Positions 19,815 through 29,558 of a stretch of DNA of 64,000 nt are shown here, in pieces (position 1 is the first letter of the stretch; each line of letters starts with the position of its first letter). The translations under genes were made by a program, and so were the position numbers. Origin of the DNA: Anaerolineae bacterium (GTDB lineage: Bacteria; Desulfobacterota; Desulfobacteria; Desulfobacterales; ETH-SRB1); the NCBI GenBank assembly GCA_035529315.1, contig DATKWZ010000016.1, forward strand, positions 88,464 to 152,463. Reading direction: 5' to 3'. A model generated the notes under the pieces. The model was not told where the DNA came from, did not search any database, and was given only the letters and a program-made list of their open reading frames with translations.

Positions 19815-21035
19815 ATGCAAAATTTTAGTCGCATTAAATTTCCCTTTATCTTAGCTGCTGTTTTACTGGTTATTGCCGGTTGTGCGGGAAGACAACAATT
19901 TAAGAAAATCGATGTTCCTGATGCAGATATGCAGTCATATCTTGCCGACAAACCCGCAAAACTCAGACCTGGTTTTCGTGTCATGCTTGAGGAGGGAAAA
20001 AGAAATTATGTTTTAAATAATATGCGTGTCGGCATAGATGCTTTGAAGCTGGGGTATCGTGAGATTGCAAAAAACTGTTTTGACAATACCTTAAATTATA
20101 TTGAAGCTGTTTTTGCCGACAATGAAAAGGCAAAAAAAGCAAGAAGTTTATGGTATGAAGAGGGTATGAAAGATTTTAAGGGTGAGCCCTATGAACGCGC
20201 CATGGCATATTATTACAGGGGGCTTCTATACCTGGCAGACAAAGATTACGAGAATGCCAGAGCATGTTTCAAATCCGGCATCATCCAGGATGCCTTTGCC
20301 GAAGAAAACCAAAACCGCTGCGATTTTGCTCTGTTGTTGTTTCTGGAAGGATATTCTTCCCTGAAGCTTGGAGATCATCAATTGGCAACAGCGGCTTTTG
20401 ATGAATTGAAAAAACTGCGGCCGGACTTCATTCTTCCCCCCCGCGATTCTAATCTTCTTATAATTGTTGAGACAGGAACGTCACCGCGTAAACTTGCCGA
20501 CGGTGTCGGCCATGGAGAGCTAAAATTCTTCAGAGGCCGCAATATCATGGAAAAACGGGTTACGCTCAATATAGATGATAAGGAATTCGCAGCCTACCCG
20601 ATAGAGGATATCGCATGGCAGGCCATGACACGCGGAGGAAGACCTGTTGACAAGATAATCAAGGGTCAGATTCAATTCCGCAAAACTCACGAAAAAATCG
20701 GCACCACCTTGACGGATATCTCGTCAAACATGCTATTGGCAAGCCCTCTAACTTCGCATTCCGATACTCTGTCCGGGGTAAGCGCAGCGCTGGGGATTCT
20801 GGGTGTTGCTGAAATGGCACTTGCAGCGAGAACGCGTACTTATGCCGACACGCGCTACTGGGACAACCTGCCCGACTCGGTGCATATCCTTTGTCTTAAA
20901 ATTGCTCCAGGTTCTTACCAGTTAAGAACAAAGTATTTAAACGACTCTTCCGTTAAAGTTTCCGAAGATATTGAAAAAATCAAAATCCCTTCCCTTGATG
21001 CGAACAGCATGATACTTTTGTGGAAACGGCCCTGA
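19815..21035 (+). CDS. lipoprotein with TPR-like region
   Basis: Lipobox LVIAGCAG. TPR-like segment GEPYERAMAYYYRGLLYLADKDYENARACFKSG. Confidence 0.6.
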   Translation: MQNFSRIKFPFILAAVLLVIAGCAGRQQFKKIDVPDADMQSYLADKPAKLRPGFRVMLEEGKRNYVLNNMRVGIDALKLGYREIAKNCFDNTLNYIEAVFADNEKAKKARSLWYEEGMKDFKGEPYERAMAYYYRGLLYLADKDYENARACFKSGIIQDAFAEENQNRCDFALLLFLEGYSSLKLGDHQLATAAFDELKKLRPDFILPPRDSNLLIIVETGTSPRKLADGVGHGELKFFRGRNIMEKRVTLNIDDKEFAAYPIEDIAWQAMTRGGRPVDKIIKGQIQFRKTHEKIGTTLTDISSNMLLASPLTSHSDTLSGVSAALGILGVAEMALAARTRTYADTRYWDNLPDSVHILCLKIAPGSYQLRTKYLNDSSVKVSEDIEKIKIPSLDANSMILLWKRP

Positions 21036-21046
21036 ATAAATTTTAT

Positions 21047-21124
21047 TGGTGCGCCCGGCAGGATTCGGACCTGCGACCTACGGATTCGTAGTCCGGCGCT
21101 CTATCCGGGCTGAGCTACGGGCGC
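21047..21124 (-). tRNA. tRNA-Arg (anticodon ACG)
   Basis: Hand-folded cloverleaf: GCGCCCG / TA / GCTC-AGCCCGGATA-GAGC / G / CCGGA-CTACGAA-TCCGT / AGGTC / GCAGG-TCCGAAT-CCTGC / CGGGCGC-A-CCA. There is one mismatch at the top of the anticodon stem. Confidence 0.88.
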
Positions 21125-21217
21125 ACATAAAATCAGACTGTTTTTATGCCATACCAATCTTCATGTCAATGGTAAGTTAAAATATATTCGGAACGGTTAC
21201 TTATTTTATTTTATATC

Positions 21218-21703
21218 ATGGATACAATTCATATAAAATTTATGAAACTGGCATTAAAGGAAGCGGCAAAAGCCGAACAAAAAGATGAAGTTCCAATTGG
21301 AGCGCTTCTTGCTGCGGAATCGGGCGAAATACTCTCATCCGCACACAACCAGGTCATAAGTCTTGCCGATCCCACAGCCCATGCGGAAATATTGGCAATA
21401 CGTGAAGCAGCCAAAAAGATTCAAAATTATAGATTGTTAAAGACGACTCTGTATGTTACGATTGAACCTTGTGTTATGTGTATGGGCGCAATTATACACG
21501 CCAGAATATCAAGAGTTGTTTTTGGCGCGAATGATCCAAGATGGGGAGCGGCAGGTTCGCTGTACAGCCTGGCAGATGATATGAGGTTAAATCACAGGCC
21601 TGAAATTATTTGCAATGTTTGCAACGATGAATGCAAAAACATAATTCAGGTTTTTTTCCGCGCGAAGAGAAACAAAATCTTTTGTAACACTTTAGCCCCT
21701 TGA
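21218..21703 (+). CDS. tadA: tRNA-specific adenosine deaminase TadA
   Basis: CMP/dCMP deaminase zinc motifs HAEILAIREA and EPCVMCMGAI. Size 161 aa. Confidence 0.92.
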   Translation: MDTIHIKFMKLALKEAAKAEQKDEVPIGALLAAESGEILSSAHNQVISLADPTAHAEILAIREAAKKIQNYRLLKTTLYVTIEPCVMCMGAIIHARISRVVFGANDPRWGAAGSLYSLADDMRLNHRPEIICNVCNDECKNIIQVFFRAKRNKIFCNTLAP

Positions 21704-21757
21704 AAATAAATGCGTTTCAAGTATAATTAAATTTAAACCAGGTCTCAAAAGGAGTAA

Positions 21758-23050
<1,293 letters not shown>

Positions 23051-23146
23051 AAGGGGCAAAGGGTTCGAGGTATTTTACTTGAACCCCTGACCCCTTTAAT
23101 CCTTATAATCCTACCAACTCTTTTGGAGATGATCCTTAATTATTAA

Positions 23147-23176
23147 TTGACATATAAAGTTTATTGAAATAAAAAT
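23147..23176 (+). promoter_or_regulatory. putative sigma70 promoter for tRNA-Pro(CGG)/csp
   Basis: TTGACA-N17-TAAAAA, ending ~11 nt before the tRNA 5' end. Confidence 0.35.
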
Positions 23177-23186
23177 TGTGAAATGT

Positions 23187-23263
23187 CGGGACGTGGCTCA
23201 GCCTGGTAGAGCACAGCGTTCGGGACGCTGGGGTCGCTGGTTCAAATCCAGTCGTCCCGACCA
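23187..23263 (+). tRNA. tRNA-Pro (anticodon CGG)
   Basis: Cloverleaf: CGGGACG / TG / GCTC-AGCCTGGTA-GAGC / A / CAGCG-TTCGGGA-CGCTG / GGGTC / GCTGG-TTCAAAT-CCAGT / CGTCCCG-A-CCA. 77 nt. Confidence 0.93.
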
Positions 23264-23391
23264 AAGAGCTACGAAAAAAATACATTGAGTATTTCAAGGA
23301 TTAAGGTTTTAAGCCTTACGCCGCATCAAGGAACCGGTTCCTTTGCCGAAGCAGCGCACTTAATAATAGCTAATTTAAGGGGGTAAGTGTT

Positions 23392-23592
23392 TTGGCAGAA
23401 GGAACAGTAAAATGGTTTAGCAATAAAAAAGGATACGGCTTCATTGAGCAGGAAGGGAATAAGGACCTTTTTGTTCACCACTCAGCTATTAATATGACAG
23501 GGTTTAAAAGCCTGGGAAAGGGGGACAAGGTTAGCTTTGACGTTGAAGAAAGTGATCGCGGCCCTGAGGCAAAAAACGTCACTAAGCTGTAA
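23392..23592 (+). CDS. cold-shock protein (CspA family)
   Basis: [15 protein letters not shown] (RNP1) and DLFVHHSAI (RNP2). 66 aa, TTG start after taaGGGGGtaagtgtt. Confidence 0.93.
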   Translation: MAEGTVKWFSNKKGYGFIEQEGNKDLFVHHSAINMTGFKSLGKGDKVSFDVEESDRGPEAKNVTKL

Positions 23593-23744
23593 ATAGCTTC
23601 AGTATCTGTTGATAATCCCCAAGATTGCCTCAGCTGCCCCTCATTCATCATAACTTTTCTGTTTGATAAAATCAGATAATTAATAAATTCTAATAAATAT
23701 GAACCTAACGAATAATGATGAATTCGTAAAAAGATGGTAAAAAA

Positions 23745-25097
23745 ATGGATTTAGAATTGGACCCTAGGCTGCCGCTTGTCCAGAACGCTGACTTGAAAGA
23801 TAAAATCGTTCTGGTCAGAGTAGACCATAATGTGGTTAAAAAAGGTATAATCACGGACCCGTATCGGATTGACGCTACTCTGGGAACCCTGTACAGCATT
23901 GTTGAACGAGGCGGCCGGCCGATTCTTATGACGCACGTGGGCCGAACACGGGACAAGAAAACAGGTAAAATCAAAGTTGAGAATAACACCTCTGTACAGC
24001 CTGTTGTTGAATACCTGGAACGGAAACTGCACACAAAATTCTCGGTGCCTGAGTTTCCGGTTGATCCTGATGCAGGTATTAAACAGATCGACACATCCAT
24101 CAACTGGCACATACGTGATCTGCGCGCCCGCAGAATAGGAGGCATTTATCTTCCCAACACACGCTGGTTTGAAGGAGAGGAGGCGCGGGGCGATATAAGA
24201 CAGCGTTTTACCCTGCAACTTGCCGGACTTGCCGATGTCTTTGTCAACGACGCTTTTGGTTCATGGCAGCCCCATGCTTCCACCTGTGATATAACCAGAT
24301 ACTTGCCGGGTTTTGCCGGGTTTCTAATGCAAAGGGAAATAGCTCACCTGAGAATGGTTCTGGAACCCAAAAGACCTTTTGTGGCTGTTGTAGCCGGAGC
24401 AAAATACGACACCAAAATCGGGCCGCTAACTGAGATTTACAAAAAGGTTGATCACCTGCTGCTTGGCGGAATTATTTATAATACCTTTTTATGCGCCAAA
24501 TACGATATTCGGGTGGCAGGTGTGAGTGAATCAGACATTAATGCGGCCAAAAATCTTGTCAAGCAGGATGAAAAGGCCGGAAAGGTTGTGGAGCTGCCCT
24601 TTGTAGTTGAGTCGGATACTATTGAGGGGCGTGTTAATGGAAAATACAGGACGCTCAACATCATGGATTTTAAGCCCGGAAACAAATATGGATACTTCCT
24701 TGATGTTGCTCCTGAATCGTTCGAAGTTCCACAAGTCGCCGATGTTATCGGTTCCGCAAAAACCATCTTTGTCAATGCTGTCATGGGATTTACACCGCAC
24801 TTTTTCGAAGGTTCTGAAAAACTTGACCGTACAATTGACAAGAATACACAAGCTCAAAAGCTTTACGGCGGCGGAGATACTCTCCAGGAATTCAAAAACC
24901 TCAGCCCCGGCCTTTATCTTGCGGCCATGGACAATGCCAAATACTTCTTTTTCACCGGAGGCGGCACGGTTCTTAAGGCTATAGAAGAAGGCACCCCTTA
25001 CGGCCTCGAACCGGTCAAAGCGCTTATGGAAAACAAGGAAAATAACCAGGGTGAATATAAAAATAGCGCGATTTACAAAGCCGCCCTTTTTACTTGA
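23745..25097 (+). CDS. divergent phosphoglycerate kinase family protein (450 aa)
   Basis: PGK-like motifs occur in order: VLVRVDHNV, DPYRID, THVGR, LPNTRWFEGEE, FVNDAFGSWQPHAS, PFVAVVAGAKYDTKI, LLLGG, YGGGDT and FTGGGT. It is longer than canonical PGK, and the AHR triplet is replaced (see findings). Confidence 0.7.
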   Translation: MDLELDPRLPLVQNADLKDKIVLVRVDHNVVKKGIITDPYRIDATLGTLYSIVERGGRPILMTHVGRTRDKKTGKIKVENNTSVQPVVEYLERKLHTKFSVPEFPVDPDAGIKQIDTSINWHIRDLRARRIGGIYLPNTRWFEGEEARGDIRQRFTLQLAGLADVFVNDAFGSWQPHASTCDITRYLPGFAGFLMQREIAHLRMVLEPKRPFVAVVAGAKYDTKIGPLTEIYKKVDHLLLGGIIYNTFLCAKYDIRVAGVSESDINAAKNLVKQDEKAGKVVELPFVVESDTIEGRVNGKYRTLNIMDFKPGNKYGYFLDVAPESFEVPQVADVIGSAKTIFVNAVMGFTPHFFEGSEKLDRTIDKNTQAQKLYGGGDTLQEFKNLSPGLYLAAMDNAKYFFFTGGGTVLKAIEEGTPYGLEPVKALMENKENNQGEYKNSAIYKAALFT

Positions 25098-25545
25098 CTA
25101 AAAATCTTAACAGATCGATGAGGGTAATATCGGCAACCACCCTTTTTCCATCATCCAGAACAGGCATCTCATGCGTATTGGTCCTGATCATTCTATCCAA
25201 TACCATCCCCGCCTCTTCATTTTCGGTCGCCACCACTGTTTTTCTTTTCATTATGTCCTTTGCTGTTTCAGCGGTAATCATATTGATTAAAAACCTCGGG
25301 TGGATTTGGGGTTCATGGCTTGGAGCAAATACGTGTTTTGCAAGAGTCCCCAAAGAGATGCAGCCGACAAGTTTTTTTTCATCATCCACCACATAAAGGA
25401 GGCGCCTGGGCTCAAAACTGATCACGATGTCAACCACCTCTTTAATATCGGCATTCTCATGAATAATCGGAACCCTTCTCTTTTTAAGAAGAGCAACCAG
25501 TTCGGCTACCTTTGTATTTTCTGTAACTTTTTCAACACGCTTCAT
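25090..25545 (-). CDS. CBS-domain pair protein
   Basis: 151 aa with two CBS-like repeats (VVDDEKKLVGCISLGTL ... VLDDGKRVVADITLIDLL). Confidence 0.8.
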   Translation of the reverse strand: MKRVEKVTENTKVAELVALLKKRRVPIIHENADIKEVVDIVISFEPRRLLYVVDDEKKLVGCISLGTLAKHVFAPSHEPQIHPRFLINMITAETAKDIMKRKTVVATENEEAGMVLDRMIRTNTHEMPVLDDGKRVVADITLIDLLRFLVK

Positions 25546-25554
25546 GCTCTGTCC

Positions 25555-26778
25555 TTACGCCTCCCCTGCCCTTCTAAGTGAAAACCGGACAAAAAACGGT
25601 GCTATCAGTTCATTAATTATTACCGACCCCAATACAGCGTTTACCATTATTTCCGACAGATATGTATCTCCGAACACCTCCCCTGCTGCCAGAACAAGCC
25701 CAACTGTGACTCCGGCTTTTGGCAAAAGAGCAGTGCCCAGATATTTTCTAACCGCCTCAGGCGCACCGGATATTTGAGCCCCCAAGCGGCTCCCCAGCAG
25801 CTTCCCGGTAAAACGCCCAAGTACGATAACCAGGGCGATCAACCCAGCGGTCTGCATTACCTTGAAATCCATATGAGCCCCTGCCAGTGTAAAAAACATT
25901 CCAAATATAGGCTCTTCTATGCTCTCCACCACTGCAAAAAGATCTTCACTGTGCTTTACAAAATTGACCACCACAAATCCCATCACCATATTGGCAAGCA
26001 AAGGAGATGCCTTAAGGCTTATTGCCAGACCGCCTGCTAAAAAAATGGCTCCTGTTATCACTCCAAGGATTGCCCCTTTTCGCGATACAAAACCGATCAG
26101 CTTTTGAAGGCAGATTCCCAACACGCCTCCGATAAGCAGGGAAAGAAGAATGGAAAACATGGGGGGGAAAAACAGGTTGGCAAAAGATGCGGCCTGTTGG
26201 TTTATAAAGAATTGGGCCATGGTAAAAGCAAAAGCAGCAAAGAGAATCGTAAGAGCGTCATCAAGGGCAATTACTCCCAGGAGTATGGTAGTAAACGGCC
26301 CCTTTGCCCTGTATTCATGAACAATTGCCATGATTGCGGCAGGAGCTGTGGCAGCGCTGATAGCGCCGATTACAAAGGCCATGGGAAAATACGATGTCCG
26401 GAAAGATAACTGAATCGCTCCCAGGCTGTGAATAAAATAAAAAAACAGGGAAAGCATCAGCGTCGTGGAGATGAAAGCGCCGAAACACTGCGTAAATGTA
26501 ATCCAGAAAATATGCTTTCCAAGCTTTTTCAACTTTATCAGGCTAAGAGATCCGCCGATTGAAAAGGCAATTATCGACAAAGCTATATCTGTAATTATAG
26601 TTAGTTCTTCTTTAACCAGACTCTCATGGAACAACCCCAGAAGCGAAGGGCTGAGCAGCACTCCGATTACAAGATATCCTGTCACACGGGGGGCGTTAAA
26701 GTAGTTTGCTGCTTTTCCGCCTGTATAGCTCAAGAGAAGAAGCAGGCCTATGTAAACAAGAGGATGGATTGTTTGCAT
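25555..26778 (-). CDS. cation:proton antiporter (CPA2/Kef-type Na+/H+ exchanger family)
   Basis: 407-aa polytopic membrane protein. The N-terminus LLLSYTGGKAANYFNAPRVTGYLVIGVLLSPSLLG is typical of the family. Confidence 0.8.
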   Translation of the reverse strand: MQTIHPLVYIGLLLLLSYTGGKAANYFNAPRVTGYLVIGVLLSPSLLGLFHESLVKEELTIITDIALSIIAFSIGGSLSLIKLKKLGKHIFWITFTQCFGAFISTTLMLSLFFYFIHSLGAIQLSFRTSYFPMAFVIGAISAATAPAAIMAIVHEYRAKGPFTTILLGVIALDDALTILFAAFAFTMAQFFINQQAASFANLFFPPMFSILLSLLIGGVLGICLQKLIGFVSRKGAILGVITGAIFLAGGLAISLKASPLLANMVMGFVVVNFVKHSEDLFAVVESIEEPIFGMFFTLAGAHMDFKVMQTAGLIALVIVLGRFTGKLLGSRLGAQISGAPEAVRKYLGTALLPKAGVTVGLVLAAGEVFGDTYLSEIMVNAVLGSVIINELIAPFFVRFSLRRAGEA

Positions 26779-26779
26779 A

Positions 26780-27721
26780 TTATTGAACGATCCAGACAGT
26801 CAACCCAATAGAGCTGTTTAAAATCTTTCTGGTTACACTCCCCATGAAAAGCTCCTTTATTTTTGAAAGCCCCCTGCGTCCCAATACAATTGTTCCAAAA
26901 CCGTTTTCATGCGCCTCTTTGAGAATATCGTCAGCAGCAGACCGGCTGCCGTCTATTACTTTAGTGGCGATCTGATCCTCGGAAAGCCCTGCATCAAGAA
27001 GTATTTTTTTAGCCTTTTTCATATATGGAGCAATCTGCTGGCCTGCCTTGTTTCGCCAGAACTCTTCAAGATCAGGAGCCTCTTCAAGGGCCTCCAGAGG
27101 AACAAAGCGTCTCAGATTCCTCATGGTATAAAAAATGGTTGCCTTGCAATCGGTACCGGACAGCATAAAACCGGCATGGTCAACAGCTCTCAGGGCATTT
27201 TTGGAGCTATCCACGGCAATAAGCACTTTTTTTGAACGAACACCACCCCCCACTATCCACAGTGGACAATCCCTGCCGTACTCCACAAGCCTTGTTGAGA
27301 TAGCGCCCATGATAAACGGTTTAAAATCGGTTCGTCCCCGCCTGGACATTAGAATAGTATCCGCCCCTTTATTTTTTGCCAAAAAATGAATATCTCTGGC
27401 AATAGTACTTTCGCATTGCCGGCAATGCGGCTTGATATTCTCTTCATCAAAACCTTTATCAATAAGAATTTCCATGGCTTCCGCTAAAACCCGCTCGGCT
27501 ATTTCTTTATTCTTTCTTTTAACTGAAGCCAGCGCCGACCTGATCTTCCTGTCCATTGTTTTATCGTCTGTTAACAGCGGCGGCAAAGACGGCATGACAT
27601 ACAAAAGATGGACATGCATTTTATGCTCCGGGCCAAACATAAGATCAAGATAATCCAATGATTTCAATGAATTTTTTGAACCATCAAGCGGTATGACAAT
27701 GCTTTTTTTCAACTCCCCCAT
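26780..27721 (-). CDS. tandem universal stress protein (two UspA domains)
   Basis: Two Usp-like halves (IVIPLDGSKNS...ILMSRRGR and VLIAVDSSKNA...IVLGRRGLSKIKELFMGSVT). The start is moved to ATG 27721, preceded by aAAGGAGaatatt. Confidence 0.85.
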   Translation of the reverse strand: MGELKKSIVIPLDGSKNSLKSLDYLDLMFGPEHKMHVHLLYVMPSLPPLLTDDKTMDRKIRSALASVKRKNKEIAERVLAEAMEILIDKGFDEENIKPHCRQCESTIARDIHFLAKNKGADTILMSRRGRTDFKPFIMGAISTRLVEYGRDCPLWIVGGGVRSKKVLIAVDSSKNALRAVDHAGFMLSGTDCKATIFYTMRNLRRFVPLEALEEAPDLEEFWRNKAGQQIAPYMKKAKKILLDAGLSEDQIATKVIDGSRSAADDILKEAHENGFGTIVLGRRGLSKIKELFMGSVTRKILNSSIGLTVWIVQ

Positions 27722-27870
27722 AATATTCTCCTTTATCACACTAAATCCTTTACTCCAATTTTAAAGGATATCACTGCTGTCCGGTTTAAAAATTCTGGGA
27801 GGTGCCACAGCTCATCAAATATTTCCATAATCAGTCGTGGGTTGGGTTGAACCGCAACCACTCAACCATT

Positions 27871-29151
27871 TTACTTATAGAATATAAGCTGCAGGTGTCC
27901 ATCTTTGACGTGAGTAAGGTATACTTCATCCATCCCCTGGTGATCCTGCGGGCCGAAATTAATAACCGCTCCGATTCCCACATAATGTTCTTTAATAGAC
28001 TCTAATGCCCTGATAAACCCTTCTCTTGAAATATCTCGTCCTGCCCGCCTCAAGGCTTCGATCAGAATTCTGGCGTTAATAAAGCCTTCAAAACCTACGA
28101 AGTTAGGCTTATCCTGCGGATAATATTTGGTTAACAAACGGGAATATTGATCGCCAGCAGGCAGAAGAATCCGTTCAGTGGGCGGGGGCACAACCTGGGT
28201 TATCAAGACCCCCTCAGCGTCATCACCAAGCTCCTGGACCAGTTTATCCGCCCCGACAAAAGAGACATTATGAAATAAAGGATTATACCCGCTTGCCCTG
28301 GCCTCTTTTATAAACTTGGCACATGGGCTGTATGTCCCTATCATGATGACCGCCTCAGCCTTAGAGGACTGGATTTTATCAAGTGCCTCGGCAATCTCCA
28401 TGGTTCCTCTTACAAAACTCCCGGTGGCCACCGGAGAAAGATTATATTTTTGCAGGGCAAGCTGTGTTCCCTTAAGCCCGTCAAGGCCATAGTCGTCATA
28501 TTGATAGAATACCGCTATGCGGGACAGCCCTTTTTTCTCCACAAAATAACGGACAATGGCGTTGGTTTCGTGATAGTAAGATGATCGGACATTAAAGATA
28601 TAGTGCCGGAAAGGAAAGCGAAGCTTATCGGCTCCGCTAAAAATACCAAGAAGCGGGGTTTTGGTCTTTTCAAGAATGTCTATGATCTTCAAGCTGGTCG
28701 GCGTTCCCACATAGCAAAAGAGACAAAAAACATTATCCTTATGAATCAGCCTGTTTGTATTGGCTACACATCGCGGAGGGTCATATCCATCATCATGTGT
28801 AACCACAGTGATCTTGCGGTGATGGATGCCCCCATCACTGTTTATCTGCTTGATCAAACACATTGCACCATTCAGGTATTGAGTCCCCAAAAAGCCGGCA
28901 TGTCCGCCAAGAGCCAGAGATGAACCGATTATTATCTCATCGGGAGTTACCCCTGGCGCGACGGAGACATCTGAAGCCACCGGCTGCTCTAAATCCATTT
29001 CTTCTTCTATCAGTGGCGATTTTAACTGAAGATAGCCGTAAAGGCTATAAACACCAAGACCGATCAAAACTATGATAATGCCAAGCCATATCTTTTGCAA
29101 AACGTGTTTTCTCCTTTCAACCAATTTCCCGCTTGACTGTTTTAGATTCAA
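27871..29151 (-). CDS. membrane-anchored periplasmic binding protein, Leu/Ile/Val-binding (LivK-like) family
   Basis: N-terminal TM helix. Then IIIGSSLALGGHAGFLGTQYLNGAMCLIKQINSDGGIHHRKITVVTHDDGYDP, typical of type I PBPs. Last gene of the sensor operon. Confidence 0.8.
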   Translation of the reverse strand: MNLKQSSGKLVERRKHVLQKIWLGIIIVLIGLGVYSLYGYLQLKSPLIEEEMDLEQPVASDVSVAPGVTPDEIIIGSSLALGGHAGFLGTQYLNGAMCLIKQINSDGGIHHRKITVVTHDDGYDPPRCVANTNRLIHKDNVFCLFCYVGTPTSLKIIDILEKTKTPLLGIFSGADKLRFPFRHYIFNVRSSYYHETNAIVRYFVEKKGLSRIAVFYQYDDYGLDGLKGTQLALQKYNLSPVATGSFVRGTMEIAEALDKIQSSKAEAVIMIGTYSPCAKFIKEARASGYNPLFHNVSFVGADKLVQELGDDAEGVLITQVVPPPTERILLPAGDQYSRLLTKYYPQDKPNFVGFEGFINARILIEALRRAGRDISREGFIRALESIKEHYVGIGAVINFGPQDHQGMDEVYLTHVKDGHLQLIFYK

Positions 29152-29506
29152 ATATCTTATCTATCTTGTTTATTAAGTCCATGGGACTAAATGGCTTTGT
29201 AAAATATTCGTCGGCGCCTGCGTCAAACCCTTTTTTTTTGTCCGCCTGTTGCCCCCTGGCTGTAAGCATAATGATATAGATATCCTTTGTGGCCGGGTCC
29301 TTTTTGAGAAGCCTGCACACCTCAATGCCATCCAGACCCGGCATCATAACATCCAGTAAAATAATATCCGGCATGCACTCTCGCGCTTTCCTTAAGCCCT
29401 CTTCGCCTGACGATGCATGGAGAATCTCAAAATCGCCCATAGAAATCGTAACTTCTAACAGCGCTCTTACTTTTTGCTGGTCATCAACTATCAATATCTT
29501 TCTCAT
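29117..29506 (-). CDS. single-domain response regulator (CheY-like)
   Basis: MRKILIVDDQ...IILLDVMMPGLDG...TKPFSP. Confidence 0.92.
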   Translation of the reverse strand: MRKILIVDDQQKVRALLEVTISMGDFEILHASSGEEGLRKARECMPDIILLDVMMPGLDGIEVCRLLKKDPATKDIYIIMLTARGQQADKKKGFDAGADEYFTKPFSPMDLINKIDKIFESKTVKREIG

Positions 29507-29558
29507 TTAGCTCCACATCCTTTCCGTTAGTCGACTAATTTCCTGCCGGATCACTTGA

